From NCBI GenBank assembly GCA_038874435.1, contig JAVZCK010000009.1, forward strand, positions 22,977 through 86,976: DNA of 64,000 bases, in the 5' to 3' direction. Shown in pieces: positions 36,471-46,918 of the stretch. Origin of the DNA: Thermoplasmata archaeon. GTDB lineage: Archaea; Thermoplasmatota; Thermoplasmata; Lutacidiplasmatales; SKW197. A program made the position numbers and the translations under genes. The stretch's first letter is position 1, and every line of letters begins with the position of its first letter. The notes beneath the pieces are model-generated. The model ran no database searches and had not been told where the DNA came from. It saw nothing but the letters and a program-made list of their open reading frames with translations.

Positions 36471-38348
36471 CTACACTTTTCTTTCACAAAACCCTGCAAT
36501 CTGACAATGCTCGCATCTCGGCTTTACTGGCCTGCACACACTCTTTCCGTGCTCTACAAACAGGTAGTTAATCTTTTTCCACAATGGTTTCGGAATCACC
36601 CGCTTCAGTGCATTCTCTGTCTCCTCTGGCGTCTTCGTGCTCACTACACCCATTCTATTCGAGATTCTGTGGACATGGGTATCTACTGGCAGGGCATCCT
36701 TTCCAAACCCAAACACAAGCACGCAGTTCGCTGTCTTCCTTCCTACACCTGGAAGTTTTAATAACTCTTCAATTTTCTCGGGCACCTTTCCGCTATACTT
36801 TTCCTCGATAATTCTTGCCACCTCTACAATTTTCTTAGCCTTCAAATTGTAAAACCCGACTGGTTTGATAATTTCTGCAATCTCCTCTGGATTTGCTCTT
36901 ACAAGTGTCGAGACATCTGGATACCGTGAGAACAGAGCGTCTGCTCTCGGATATGTAACCTCATCTTTCGTGCGTTGTGAAAGAATGGTTGCAATCAGCA
37001 CTCTGAATGGGTCGTCATAATGGCCAGCATTCCCGTAGATACTCTCAAGCGTCTCAACAAGCTTATACCAGTCGATGCCAGCGTTCTCTGATACTCTCTC
37101 TAACTTCCGTTTTTCAAAGAATGCAAGGGCATCGCCAGCAAGATAGACGGAACCGCAAATGCACCAAATCCCAGGGCGAGAAAGGACTGCAGAAAAAGCT
37201 TCTTCACGCTTCATCACAACCGCCTTCCTGAAATATCTTGCCGCAATTTTTTTCACTCGCTCCGCATTCTCAGCTCTCGGAGAATCTGGCTCTGTAATAA
37301 TTATCTCATCTCCAACCCTGGAAAGTGTACGCAAAATCTCCCCTTTCTTCTTGTCTTTGAAAACGCCGAAGACAAAATTAACCTTATCGTAATTCTCTGC
37401 CAGTGATTCTACAAGTGCCTCTGCACTTCTGGGCGTGTGGGCACAATCCACAATAACATCAGGTTTCTCATGCACCTTCTCAAATCTCCCATGCCAGACA
37501 GCAGTTCTCAAACCCTCTCGAATCCACCTCTCCTCCAATCCAAGCACTTTTGCACAGAGCACAGCAAGAGCAGCATTTTCAAACTGGAATCTACCTGGCA
37601 ATGAAATTTCAAGGTCTTCAAGAGACCATGTTCCGTAATTTATTGAAAATTTCCTTTTATCCTTTACTTCAATCATGTCGTTCGTAAGCACAATAAGCTC
37701 AGATTTGTTCTGCTTTGCAATCTCCTCAATAACTTTGAGTGCCTTCCCAGTAGCGCCTGTCACGACAGGCACACCCTCCTTTATTATCCCTGCTTTCTCT
37801 CTTGCGATTTTTTCAATGCTCCTTCCTAGTACGTTTGTATGCTCATGCTCAACATTCGTGATGACACAGCATTCTGGCGAGACTACATTTGTTGCATCCA
37901 GGCGTCCTCCGAGACCAACCTCTACAACTGCATAATCCACTTCTACATCTGCAAAATACTTGAATGCCATTGCTGTGGTAAACTCAAAGAATGTTACTTG
38001 CTTTGTTCTGTCTACTGCTATCATCCCATCAACAATATCCTTAATTTTATTATAATACTCCACCACTTTCTCCTTCGGTATTTTCTCTCCGTTCACCACT
38101 ATCCTTTCATTGAACTCAATTAGATGCGGTGAGGTATAAAGACCTGTTTTATACCCTGCAGATTTTAAAATCGAATGAAGGAAGGCACACACAGACCCCT
38201 TTCCTTTACTGCCTGTGACATGCACCACTTTGAAGTGTGTTTCGGGATGGCCTAGATGTTCAAGCAATCCTCTGATGTTATCAAGGTTAAGCTTAGTTCC
38301 AAATCTGGTTAAGGCATAGAGGTGCTGGAGTATTTCCTCATAACTCAT
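36471..38348 (-). CDS. Fusion protein: FolC-like Mur-ligase (folylpolyglutamate/dihydrofolate synthase family) + endonuclease III (Nth, HhH-GPD with 4Fe-4S)
   Basis: ORF track, 625 aa, one continuous frame. N-terminal ~415 aa carries [10 protein letters not shown] and a Mur-ligase layout. C-terminal ~200 aa carries [32 protein letters not shown] and CxxxxxxCxxCxxxxxC ([17 protein letters not shown]). Confidence 0.8.
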   Translation of the reverse strand: MSYEEILQHLYALTRFGTKLNLDNIRGLLEHLGHPETHFKVVHVTGSKGKGSVCAFLHSILKSAGYKTGLYTSPHLIEFNERIVVNGEKIPKEKVVEYYNKIKDIVDGMIAVDRTKQVTFFEFTTAMAFKYFADVEVDYAVVEVGLGGRLDATNVVSPECCVITNVEHEHTNVLGRSIEKIAREKAGIIKEGVPVVTGATGKALKVIEEIAKQNKSELIVLTNDMIEVKDKRKFSINYGTWSLEDLEISLPGRFQFENAALAVLCAKVLGLEERWIREGLRTAVWHGRFEKVHEKPDVIVDCAHTPRSAEALVESLAENYDKVNFVFGVFKDKKKGEILRTLSRVGDEIIITEPDSPRAENAERVKKIAARYFRKAVVMKREEAFSAVLSRPGIWCICGSVYLAGDALAFFEKRKLERVSENAGIDWYKLVETLESIYGNAGHYDDPFRVLIATILSQRTKDEVTYPRADALFSRYPDVSTLVRANPEEIAEIIKPVGFYNLKAKKIVEVARIIEEKYSGKVPEKIEELLKLPGVGRKTANCVLVFGFGKDALPVDTHVHRISNRMGVVSTKTPEETENALKRVIPKPLWKKINYLFVEHGKSVCRPVKPRCEHCQIAGFCERKV

Positions 38349-38352
38349 TCTT

Positions 38353-39231
38353 TCACTTTTTTATTTCAAGCAACAGTGTTCTCAGTGACTCTATTGTTGT
38401 TTTGAGTTCTCCCACGCTCTTCTCAATCGCCTCTACCCTCCTCACAATCTCAATCTGGCTCTTGTTTAAGCTTTCAATTCTGTTATGGGTCTCAATTGAG
38501 GTTACATCAATATGTTTGTTCACGCTTTTCAGCATTGTGTCAATCTTTTCCTCAAATCCCTTCAACTCCTTCATCTCTGCTTCTAGTTTTTCGATCAAAG
38601 GCTTAAGTTCCGTCGCAACATTTGAGCTTTCGCCAGCAGGAACAGAAGAACTACCCGCTCCAGACCTCTCCAGTGCCTCTGAAATTTCGTTCAGCTTTCG
38701 CATGTTCTCGCTTATCAGCAACCTCACCTGGGTGGCAACTTTGAATGTATCTGCTACGTCTCTTGAAAGTGCCTGCGTTAAGTTTTTCGTCTCGACGGCT
38801 TGAGAATTTATTGCTTCCGCAGTCCTTCCTATGCTTTCATTGATCGTTTTTCCAAGACCTTCATTCACCCTCTTGAAACTCTCCTCAATCATTGCAACAA
38901 GTTTCTCGTAGGTTTTTGCCTCAACTTCACTTATTTCTGCCTTAATTTTGGGTATGGAATTATCTATTGCCTTATTTACATCCTCAATTTTAGCACTCAA
39001 GTCCTTGTAAACCGTATTGGTTGTTGTAAGTAAATAGTTCATTCCAGTTTCCGTATATTCCTGCTGAGCTTCCAGTGCCTTCAGAAGAAGGTGCAAAATC
39101 CAGTGTTCTCTCCCTTTTGTGTGTGACAATATACCTTTGTCAATTCTCTCTCTTGCCTCCTTATCGTTTACCAGGTCAGTAATCGCACGCACCACTTCGG
39201 TTCTTATTGTGCTTTTCTTTCCTTCTGCCAT
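38353..39231 (-). CDS. Coiled-coil protein of unknown function
   Basis: ORF track, 292 aa, heptad-rich and Glu/Lys/Ile-rich, with no TM helix and no recognisable catalytic motif. Wedged between the IleRS-like and FolC-Nth genes with 12-nt and 4-nt gaps. Confidence 0.6.
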   Translation of the reverse strand: MAEGKKSTIRTEVVRAITDLVNDKEARERIDKGILSHTKGREHWILHLLLKALEAQQEYTETGMNYLLTTTNTVYKDLSAKIEDVNKAIDNSIPKIKAEISEVEAKTYEKLVAMIEESFKRVNEGLGKTINESIGRTAEAINSQAVETKNLTQALSRDVADTFKVATQVRLLISENMRKLNEISEALERSGAGSSSVPAGESSNVATELKPLIEKLEAEMKELKGFEEKIDTMLKSVNKHIDVTSIETHNRIESLNKSQIEIVRRVEAIEKSVGELKTTIESLRTLLLEIKK

Positions 39232-39243
39232 AACTATTCACCA

Positions 39244-42200
39244 TCAGATTACATCGTCCACTTCCCGCTCAATCAGATTGAATTGGGATGCCTCCATTGT
39301 TGCAGGATTTATTGGAATAAGAAGCATTGCATTATTAATTGCAATCTGGTCCTTTAGTGATTGAATTAGACGAAGCACTGTGATAAAATTATTGTTAGTA
39401 ATCAGATACTCAATTCCATCCAGGAAGATAACTGAATCCCTGTTCTTTGATAGGAACTGTTCCAGTATCAAACTTAACTTTTCCAGGTCTTTGGGTCGCA
39501 CTGCATTCTCCTTTCCCACATTTGAGAGCCAGATTATTGGCACATCCTCCAGTTCGTATTTCTGCTTTATCTTCTCAGGATAGTCCCTGGTGACACAGAT
39601 TACCTTCGGGTTTGCCTTTGCCATGTATTCTTTAAGGTATTTGTAGGCCCTATCCGCCCGCTCACATTTGATTATGTAGGAATACCCCTGTCTGAACTCC
39701 ACCGGTTTTTCCTCCATCTCTCCACCACCGATTTTCTCTGGTGTTTTATCACCTTCGTTAGCCACAGCTTGCTCAACCCTAGGTCCACTAACAAGTGGCT
39801 CAGATTGTGTCTGGACTGGCTTGACCCCGAATTCTGCTAGATATCCTAGAATTCGCTTTGCAAGATTTTCTCCAATGGTGGGCATCCTCGCCAGGTCTTC
39901 AATCCTTGCACTTGCAAGCATCTCAACCGTTCTATAACCTGCATCATAAAGGGCTCTTGCTTTTGAGGGGCCAAGCCCTGGAATTGTGTACTTTGTCATC
40001 ATCAACCGCACAAAATTTTCTCGTTCCTTCTCACTTGGCTCTGGTACTTCTGGTTGTAAGGGAGCTTGTTTTTCTGGGATTGGAGTTTCAACTGCCTCTT
40101 TGTGTAATTCCTTCTTAACAGGAACTACCTTCGGCTCTTCTGCTGCCTCCACCTTCCCCTCGGCAACTTCAGGCCTCTGCGTGGAAAAATAACTGACAAT
40201 TTTTTTTGCAAATGTCTTTCCAATTCCTGGAATCTTCTGAAGCTCTTCAGCATTTGCCGTCCTAAGTTTTTCTATTGATACATAGCCAGCATTGAATAGG
40301 GCTTTTCCGCGTTCTGGAGTCATTCCTGGGATTCCCATGAATTTTTCAAGGGTTGACTTGAAGTAGAGTGGAGTGATTCCAAGAACTAATGATGTCTCCC
40401 TGAGGTTCCACTCTACTACATACTCTCCAGGTATCTCTCCAGAAACAAATTCTATGTTTCTCGCATTAACATTGGCCTTTATATTTTCTACAGAGGAAAG
40501 AAGAATATTCTGCAATTGTTCATCTGTAGCAATGTAAAGGTCAATTATATCGTCGATATCCAGGCGCATCTCCTTTCGCATCTCCATGACTATGCGGATA
40601 AAGTTTCTTATGTTGGACTCCAGAATGTCTTCCTCGGTCAGATTCAGGTCTATATACAAATTTCCGTTTGTGATGGGTGCCGACTGCACATTATCTGGCA
40701 GTTTTGATTTGAAGGATACCATGTTGGGAAGAATTCTAACCAATTGCCCTTCAATACCCAGCATGTACTCTCCGCGCTCAATTCCTTCCTTAATTTTCTT
40801 CGCTGATTGAAGTTTCAGCAAATGTCCAATTTTGCTTGCCCATTGTCTGTAAACAAGACCTATCGCAGAGGGATTCGGGACCACTTCTAGGATGAGTTCA
40901 TCCCAGTCCTTACCAAGAGGTAAAATCTCAATTTTTTTTGCATTCACAAACTGAGCAATAATTTTTTCGAAGTCCTTAACACTTTCAAATGTCTCTTCCT
41001 TCTCGGATTTCACAATCACTCTTCTAAGGGGGACTCGTAAAGGAATTCCTACCTTTGATCTTATCTTGTTAATCTCTTTAATAACTTCCATTGCAATTCT
41101 CATCTTTCTCTCGAGTTTATCATCTATGATAAGTTTATTTGCTGTAGGATAGTGCTCAAAGAAAACACTTTCATGCTTGCCATCGTAGGTGAGATAAATC
41201 TCCTCAGCAACATGCGGCGCAAGCGGTGCCAGCATTTTTGCGATGCTGCTCAATGTCTCTACCAAGGCATAGTAGGCAGCCATTTTTTCATGAGATAGCC
41301 CTTTTGTTCTTACCCTCTGTCTTATGGCCTTAATATAGATTCTAGATACCTCTTCTTTGATAAACCTCTCTATATGTCTCCATACTTTGTGATAGGCCAT
41401 TTTATCCATTGCGTCGCTTGCTAGAAGTTTCAGATTTTCAAGGCGTGAGAGAAGCCATTTATCCTCCAGTAATAAATGCTCGCGCACATTTTCGTATGTG
41501 AGGTCTCTGAGCTCGACCTTGTCGTTTCTCATGTATATGTTGGCGAAAACTGCAACATTCCATAATATAGAAAGAGAACGATATATTCCCTTTATTCGTT
41601 CCTCATTGTAAACTAAATCCTGCCATGGTTCTTTGGAGAGAAGATACACCCTTAAAGCATCATAGCCATATCTCCCAGCAAGATTTCTAGGTGTGTCCAC
41701 ATTTGGAGACACGTTGGTAACCAGCTGGTGCTTCTCATCCACTACATGTCCATGAGCAAAAACACTTTGGTAGGGCAGCTTGTCAAAGGCAATATAGCTG
41801 AGCACCATCTGTGAGAAGAACCAATTTTTCGTTTGTGTGTGTGCTTCAACAATAATGTCGACAGGCCAAATGCTGGCAAATTCCTCCTTTTTGGATGGAT
41901 AGCCAATAGAAGCCCATGAAGCTACACCTGAATCTATATACACATCAACTGTATCCTCCACGCGACGCATGTCCTTTCCGCACTTTTCACAAGTAAACAC
42001 AACATTGTTGATCCAAGGAATATGAAGGTACTGGCCTTCCAAAAACCCTTTTCCAGCTTTCAACTCTTGAATTGAAGACACGACCTTTGTGTTACCGCAA
42101 GAGCATTTCCAGATTGGCATAGGAATGCCCCAGTACCTTTGCCTTGAAACACACCAGTCTCCAAGGTTTGAAAGGAAATCATACATCCTACCCGAGCCAA

Positions 42201-43521
42201 CCCATGGGGGAATCCATTTCACTCCCTCAGAGGCCTCCAGCAACCTATCCCGCATTCCTTTTGTCCTGATAAACCATTGCTTAGTCGGAAGATGTAGAAG
42301 TTGAGAGCCACACCGCCAGCAATGCCCAACCCTTATCACTTCCTCCGCTTCTGCGTAGAGTACCTCTCCATCTCTCAAGTCCCTTATGATCAAAGAGTTC
42401 GCATCGTCATACTTAAATCTTGCATATTTGTTTATTATTTTAGAGGTAAAGGTACCATCAATCTCAAACGGATTGAATACTGGTAGGTTGTATTCTTGTC
42501 CTATTTCAAACTCTACAGTACCCATACCCGGTGAAATGAAGAAAGCACCTGTATGAACAGGCTGAACTCTTTTGCTCGTGACAATCTTGTGCACCCATTC
42601 CCCTTTTACCTCCTGATGGTAGGGTACCTCTATCAGTAACGGAGGAATGTACTCAGTGCCTTTCAAGCTCTCTCCCTTAATCGTTTCTATAATCTCGGTA
42701 CTCACATGATTTCTAAGAGCGAGAATTTTTTCTGCATTCTGTTTACACGTGATTAGGATCTGCTCCTCTTCCCCTGTTTTCACCTTCACCTTTACATACT
42801 CTTCATCTGGATTTACTGCAATCGCAAGAGCACCTGTAACTATCCATGGATAAGGTGTCCATACAAGTATAAACTCGTCAGTGCGTCCCTTCAAAGGCAC
42901 GATCACATAAACTCCATGAACCTTTGCCTCCTTGTATTCAACCTCATTGTCTGAAATCGCGGTTTCACATCTTGGGCAGACAGGAACTACTCTTTCCAGC
43001 TCAACAAGGAAGCCACGCTCATAAGCCCTCGCAATGCTCCACCACACAGAGGAAATGTACTCATCTGAAAGAGTGATGTAAGCTCGGTCCCAATCAAACC
43101 AGATGCCTAGCATTTTGTATTCTTCAATCATTTTGTTCTTATTTTCAAATGTAAAACTCCTGCATTTTTCAATGAATTTGTCAAGTCCATACCTTTCAAT
43201 TTCTCTCTTCCCTTTTAGCATCAAGCTCTGCTCGAGCATGATTTCGATTGAAACGCCATGCATATCAAAGCCAGGTATCGCTATCACGTTTTTTCCATTC
43301 ATCAAATTATATCTGATCAATACGTCCTTCAGTACCTTATTTCTAGCATGCCCCATGTGCACAATTCCTGTTGCAAAAGGGGGACCATCCAGAATGAAAA
43401 ACTTTTCGGATTTCTCCCTTGCTTTTTTCACCTTCTGATAAGCTTTCTGTTCCTCCCAGTACTTGAATATCTTTGTTTCCAATGCCTGAAGATTGAACTC
43501 CTTCTGAATATCCCTAATCAT
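39244..43521 (-). CDS. ileS: Isoleucyl-tRNA synthetase-like protein with C-terminal 2x(HhH)2 + DUF835 extension and degenerate KMSKS/editing motifs
   Basis: ORF track, 1425 aa. PPFATGIVHMGHARNKVLKD (HIGH region), WCVSRQRYWGIPMPIW and Zn knuckles CPRCE, CWRCG, CEKCG support IleRS. LVTNV sits where KMSKS is expected. About 375 extra C-terminal residues follow. Confidence 0.8.
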   Translation of the reverse strand: MIRDIQKEFNLQALETKIFKYWEEQKAYQKVKKAREKSEKFFILDGPPFATGIVHMGHARNKVLKDVLIRYNLMNGKNVIAIPGFDMHGVSIEIMLEQSLMLKGKREIERYGLDKFIEKCRSFTFENKNKMIEEYKMLGIWFDWDRAYITLSDEYISSVWWSIARAYERGFLVELERVVPVCPRCETAISDNEVEYKEAKVHGVYVIVPLKGRTDEFILVWTPYPWIVTGALAIAVNPDEEYVKVKVKTGEEEQILITCKQNAEKILALRNHVSTEIIETIKGESLKGTEYIPPLLIEVPYHQEVKGEWVHKIVTSKRVQPVHTGAFFISPGMGTVEFEIGQEYNLPVFNPFEIDGTFTSKIINKYARFKYDDANSLIIRDLRDGEVLYAEAEEVIRVGHCWRCGSQLLHLPTKQWFIRTKGMRDRLLEASEGVKWIPPWVGSGRMYDFLSNLGDWCVSRQRYWGIPMPIWKCSCGNTKVVSSIQELKAGKGFLEGQYLHIPWINNVVFTCEKCGKDMRRVEDTVDVYIDSGVASWASIGYPSKKEEFASIWPVDIIVEAHTQTKNWFFSQMVLSYIAFDKLPYQSVFAHGHVVDEKHQLVTNVSPNVDTPRNLAGRYGYDALRVYLLSKEPWQDLVYNEERIKGIYRSLSILWNVAVFANIYMRNDKVELRDLTYENVREHLLLEDKWLLSRLENLKLLASDAMDKMAYHKVWRHIERFIKEEVSRIYIKAIRQRVRTKGLSHEKMAAYYALVETLSSIAKMLAPLAPHVAEEIYLTYDGKHESVFFEHYPTANKLIIDDKLERKMRIAMEVIKEINKIRSKVGIPLRVPLRRVIVKSEKEETFESVKDFEKIIAQFVNAKKIEILPLGKDWDELILEVVPNPSAIGLVYRQWASKIGHLLKLQSAKKIKEGIERGEYMLGIEGQLVRILPNMVSFKSKLPDNVQSAPITNGNLYIDLNLTEEDILESNIRNFIRIVMEMRKEMRLDIDDIIDLYIATDEQLQNILLSSVENIKANVNARNIEFVSGEIPGEYVVEWNLRETSLVLGITPLYFKSTLEKFMGIPGMTPERGKALFNAGYVSIEKLRTANAEELQKIPGIGKTFAKKIVSYFSTQRPEVAEGKVEAAEEPKVVPVKKELHKEAVETPIPEKQAPLQPEVPEPSEKERENFVRLMMTKYTIPGLGPSKARALYDAGYRTVEMLASARIEDLARMPTIGENLAKRILGYLAEFGVKPVQTQSEPLVSGPRVEQAVANEGDKTPEKIGGGEMEEKPVEFRQGYSYIIKCERADRAYKYLKEYMAKANPKVICVTRDYPEKIKQKYELEDVPIIWLSNVGKENAVRPKDLEKLSLILEQFLSKNRDSVIFLDGIEYLITNNNFITVLRLIQSLKDQIAINNAMLLIPINPATMEASQFNLIEREVDDVI

Positions 43522-43595
43522 TTCTCTCTACCTTCATCAGATCGGGTGCGATGGATGCTCATTTCATATTTTACCATGCATTTTTCTGATACCTA

Positions 43596-43745
43596 TTACT
43601 GTTTCGCACCCCTTTCCTTTGATTTAGGTCTTAATCCTGAGTAGCCACACTTTCTGCATCTTGTAGCTCTTAAAGGATTTCTTGCACTGCATCGCATGCA
43701 AATTTTCTTATTCAGTAAGCGGTCAACTGCCTCTGGGAACGCCAT
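43596..43745 (-). CDS. rpl40e: 50S ribosomal protein L40e (eL40)
   Basis: Below the ORF-track size cutoff; translated by hand as [49 protein letters not shown] (49 aa). This is the classic eL40 CxxC...CxxC zinc ribbon with the [10 protein letters not shown] motif. Confidence 0.88.
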   Translation of the reverse strand: MAFPEAVDRLLNKKICMRCSARNPLRATRCRKCGYSGLRPKSKERGAKQ

Positions 43746-43905
43746 CGTAACACCGAATGCGGTATATTTTCCACACTATTTAACTCTTTCTTAAACCACA
43801 TTTCATCTGTGCTTAGCAGTGCTCCCACAGATATTGGTTAAGAATTTACCATGTCTCAAAATTATTCCTACATCTTACACCAAATAAGTTCTTCTACAAA
43901 AATCT

Positions 43906-44314
43906 AGTATCTCCGAAAGATACTGGCTAAAATTCAAAAATTGATGCCAGTATGTAAACCTCCTGATGCATGTTTCTTATAAATTTTTAAAATGGGCTTT
44001 CAAAATTCCACCGATGCACCGAAAGTGACGCTTTTCGGCACCAGCGCCAAGTGGTTAGTGTTATATATAGTGTTATATAAAGATGAGGTGAGATTCAAGG
44101 AATTTCTTCTCGGTCTCTATGAAATATGTAGAGAGCGAAATGAAAATACACTATGAAAGGGTTGATGGCCACTTCTATGGTACAGGAGCCATAGGGGTGT
44201 AGGCCGGGAAAAAATCAGTAGGTTTGCTGGCAGTATGTCCACATCAATTCCCTTTCTAATGGCTTTTAGGGTAGTAATGAGTATCTGGCTTTTCCAACTT
44301 CTTCGGAGATACTG
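43906..44314 (+). repeat. Copy B of the hairpin-ended non-coding repeat element (409 bp)
   Basis: Collinear with 21268..21768 apart from the 107-bp indel. Same terminal hairpins (AGTATCT-CCGAA-AGATACT; AGTATCT-(20 nt)-AGATACT). Confidence 0.85.
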
Positions 44315-44357
44315 CAAATACAGTTAAGCATATATTCCTCCTTTCCATGCACCACAC

Positions 44358-45695
44358 ATGCTCCAACCATTGAGGGGTTTCAGAGATTTCTATCCGGAAA
44401 CAATGGCTGCAAGAAGAAAGATGTTTGAGGCAATGATATCGGCAGTTAGAAAATACGGGTTTAGGGAGATAGACACACCAAGTGTGGAGGGGCTGGAGCT
44501 ATTCAAACTCAAGAGCGGTCCAGGCATTGTTGAGGAAACATTTTCATTCGTTGATAAAGGTGGTAGAGAGGTCACTCTTATCCCTGAGCTTACGCCCTCT
44601 GTGGCAAGAATGATTTCTGCTAGACGCAAGGTACTTACGTTTCCGCAAAAGTGGTATTCTCTAGGAAAAATGTGGAGATATGAAGAACCGCAATCAGGAA
44701 GATTACGAGAATTTTACCAGTTGAATGTAGACATCTTCGGCGCAGATAACATTGAGTCAGATGCGGAGATAATTGCAGTGGGAATAGAAATAATGAAGGC
44801 CTTGGGAATTGAGAACGAGATTGTAGTTAAAATTTCGCATCGGCAGCTTGTGCAAGGGATTTTAGAATGTATGGGTGTCCAGAATGTGGAAGAGGCAATG
44901 CATGTGATTGACAAGAGAGATAAGATGCATACTGAGGAGTTCAGACAGGAGCTCAGCAGGATGGGAGTTCGAGATGAGCAAATGGATAAGCTGTTGGAGA
45001 TTCTTTCATTTAAAAAGGAGTTTACAAAAGAAACTATTAGTGAAGTGAAAGCGGCAATAGAAAATCTCCTTCCATTCAGTTCAAAGAGGGTGGATGTGCA
45101 GGAAATGACACCTGGCTTCTCAATGGCTCTTCATGCTGCAGAAAAACTTGAGAAATTATCTAGCTATCTGAAACTCTATGAGGCAGATAAATACTGTATG
45201 CTCGACCTTGGCCTTGTGCGTGGGCTGAGTTATTACACAGGTGTGGTGTTTGAATGTTTTGACAAGCAAGGTAGTTTCCGTGCGATTTTTGGAGGCGGTA
45301 GATACGATAATTTAATTGAGCTATTTGGGGATATGAAGATTCCAGCAGTTGGTTTTGCTATAGGGGATGCTGTACTGGAACAGGTACTGAGGAAAGCAGG
45401 TAAATGGTATCCGGAGAAACTTGAAACCGACTTTTTTGTCGCATTCACAAACCAGGATTTCTATCCTCTTGCAGTGAGAATTGCGAAGATGCTCAGAAAC
45501 CAGGGATTTTCAGTTGAGATAGACCTACTTAAAAGAAATCTCGAGAAACAATTCAAATATGCAGATAGGGTGGGTGCTAGAAGAGTAATAATTATAGGGG
45601 AGGAGGAATTGAAAGAGGGGAAGGTGAGGGTTAAAAACATGGAGACAGGGGAGCAGGAGAACATTGAGTTGAAAAACCTCCTGCCTGAGGAGTAA
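44358..45695 (+). CDS. hisS: Histidyl-tRNA synthetase
   Basis: ORF track, 445 aa. [34 protein letters not shown] and GGGRYD class II HisRS motifs. Confidence 0.92.
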   Translation: MLQPLRGFRDFYPETMAARRKMFEAMISAVRKYGFREIDTPSVEGLELFKLKSGPGIVEETFSFVDKGGREVTLIPELTPSVARMISARRKVLTFPQKWYSLGKMWRYEEPQSGRLREFYQLNVDIFGADNIESDAEIIAVGIEIMKALGIENEIVVKISHRQLVQGILECMGVQNVEEAMHVIDKRDKMHTEEFRQELSRMGVRDEQMDKLLEILSFKKEFTKETISEVKAAIENLLPFSSKRVDVQEMTPGFSMALHAAEKLEKLSSYLKLYEADKYCMLDLGLVRGLSYYTGVVFECFDKQGSFRAIFGGGRYDNLIELFGDMKIPAVGFAIGDAVLEQVLRKAGKWYPEKLETDFFVAFTNQDFYPLAVRIAKMLRNQGFSVEIDLLKRNLEKQFKYADRVGARRVIIIGEEELKEGKVRVKNMETGEQENIELKNLLPEE

Positions 45696-45708
45696 GACAG
45701 TGATAGAC

Positions 45709-46815
45709 ATGAAAGTATGTATCTTTCATGATTATATAGGGGCAATTGGTGGTGCCGAGAAGCTTATTTTCACCTTGGCAAGGGAATTAAAGGCAGATAT
45801 AATAACTACTGACCTTGATAGAAACGCTGTGAATCTAGCTGGGTTTTCAGATCTGAATGTGTTTTCAATAGGTGATGTTTTCAGGATTCCACCGCTTAAA
45901 CAGATAGACACCTCAATCCAATTCTTTCTTTCAAATTTCAGGAAGGACTACGACTTTTTTATTCTCTCAGGTAACTGGGCGCATTATGCAGCAGTTCATC
46001 ATTCGCCAAATCTATACTACTGCCACACACCAACAAGGGCTTTTTTTGAACTCAGGAAAAGAGTGGTAAATTCACAGGAAACCCTTTTCAGAAAAATGAT
46101 TGCATATGCCTGGACAGGAACGCACAGGGTTTTTGAACGGTATTGCATTAATCACTATGTAGATACAATTGTTGCGAACAGTGAAAATGTGAGAGCAAGA
46201 ATCCAAAGGGACTACGGAAGAGATGCAGAAGTGGTCTACACTGCACTGCCAGTATCAAAATACAAGTTCAAGGAAATTGGTGACTTCTGGCTTTCTGTAA
46301 ACCGAATTTACCCAGAAAAACGGATTGACTTGCAGCTCGAAATTTTCCGTGAATTGCCAGATGAAAAATTAAAAATTGTCGGTGGGTTTTCAAAGGGTGA
46401 CTGGGCAGAGAAGAACTTCAGAAAACTTCAGAAAATTAAACCGGAGAATGTAGAGTTTCTTGGGGAGGTAAGTGAGGAAGAATTGCTTGAACTCTATGCA
46501 ACCTGCAAGGGATTTATTACCACAGCTCTAGACGAAGATCTGGGTCTCACACCAATAGAGGCAATGGCCTCTGGCAAAATTGTGCTGGCTGTAAATGAAG
46601 GTGGTTACAGAGAAACGGTGCTTCATGGGAAAACTGGATATCTGCTTCCTCCCGAAAAGGATGCATTCCTTGATAAGATAAGGAAGCTAAAACCAGAAGA
46701 AATGATGGCGATGCGAGATAATTGTTATCAACAAGCCAAAAAATTTGATGTGCCTATATTTGTTGAAAAAATTCGGCGAAAAATCAGGGAAACGATGGAG
46801 AGAAAAGGGTTCTGA
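45709..46815 (+). CDS. Glycosyltransferase, GT4 / group 1 family
   Basis: ORF 45700 starts at GTG; ATG 45709 gives [18 protein letters not shown]. The C-terminal [28 protein letters not shown] motif is typical of group-1 glycosyltransferases. Confidence 0.75.
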   Translation: MKVCIFHDYIGAIGGAEKLIFTLARELKADIITTDLDRNAVNLAGFSDLNVFSIGDVFRIPPLKQIDTSIQFFLSNFRKDYDFFILSGNWAHYAAVHHSPNLYYCHTPTRAFFELRKRVVNSQETLFRKMIAYAWTGTHRVFERYCINHYVDTIVANSENVRARIQRDYGRDAEVVYTALPVSKYKFKEIGDFWLSVNRIYPEKRIDLQLEIFRELPDEKLKIVGGFSKGDWAEKNFRKLQKIKPENVEFLGEVSEEELLELYATCKGFITTALDEDLGLTPIEAMASGKIVLAVNEGGYRETVLHGKTGYLLPPEKDAFLDKIRKLKPEEMMAMRDNCYQQAKKFDVPIFVEKIRRKIRETMERKGF

Positions 46816-46918
46816 AAAGGCAGGATATTAGTGATTTTTACCTCTTATTTTCAGTTTTGATAATTTGCACTTGGGGGTATTTAAACAATGAAAACAATTT
46901 TTTATCGGGGTGATAAAG

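Noticed and set aside
44117-44317. 66-aa minus-strand ORF inside repeat copy B
   Set aside because: Copy A of the same element has no ORF of 60 aa or more in any frame, so the reading frame is not conserved between copies. The element is treated as non-coding.
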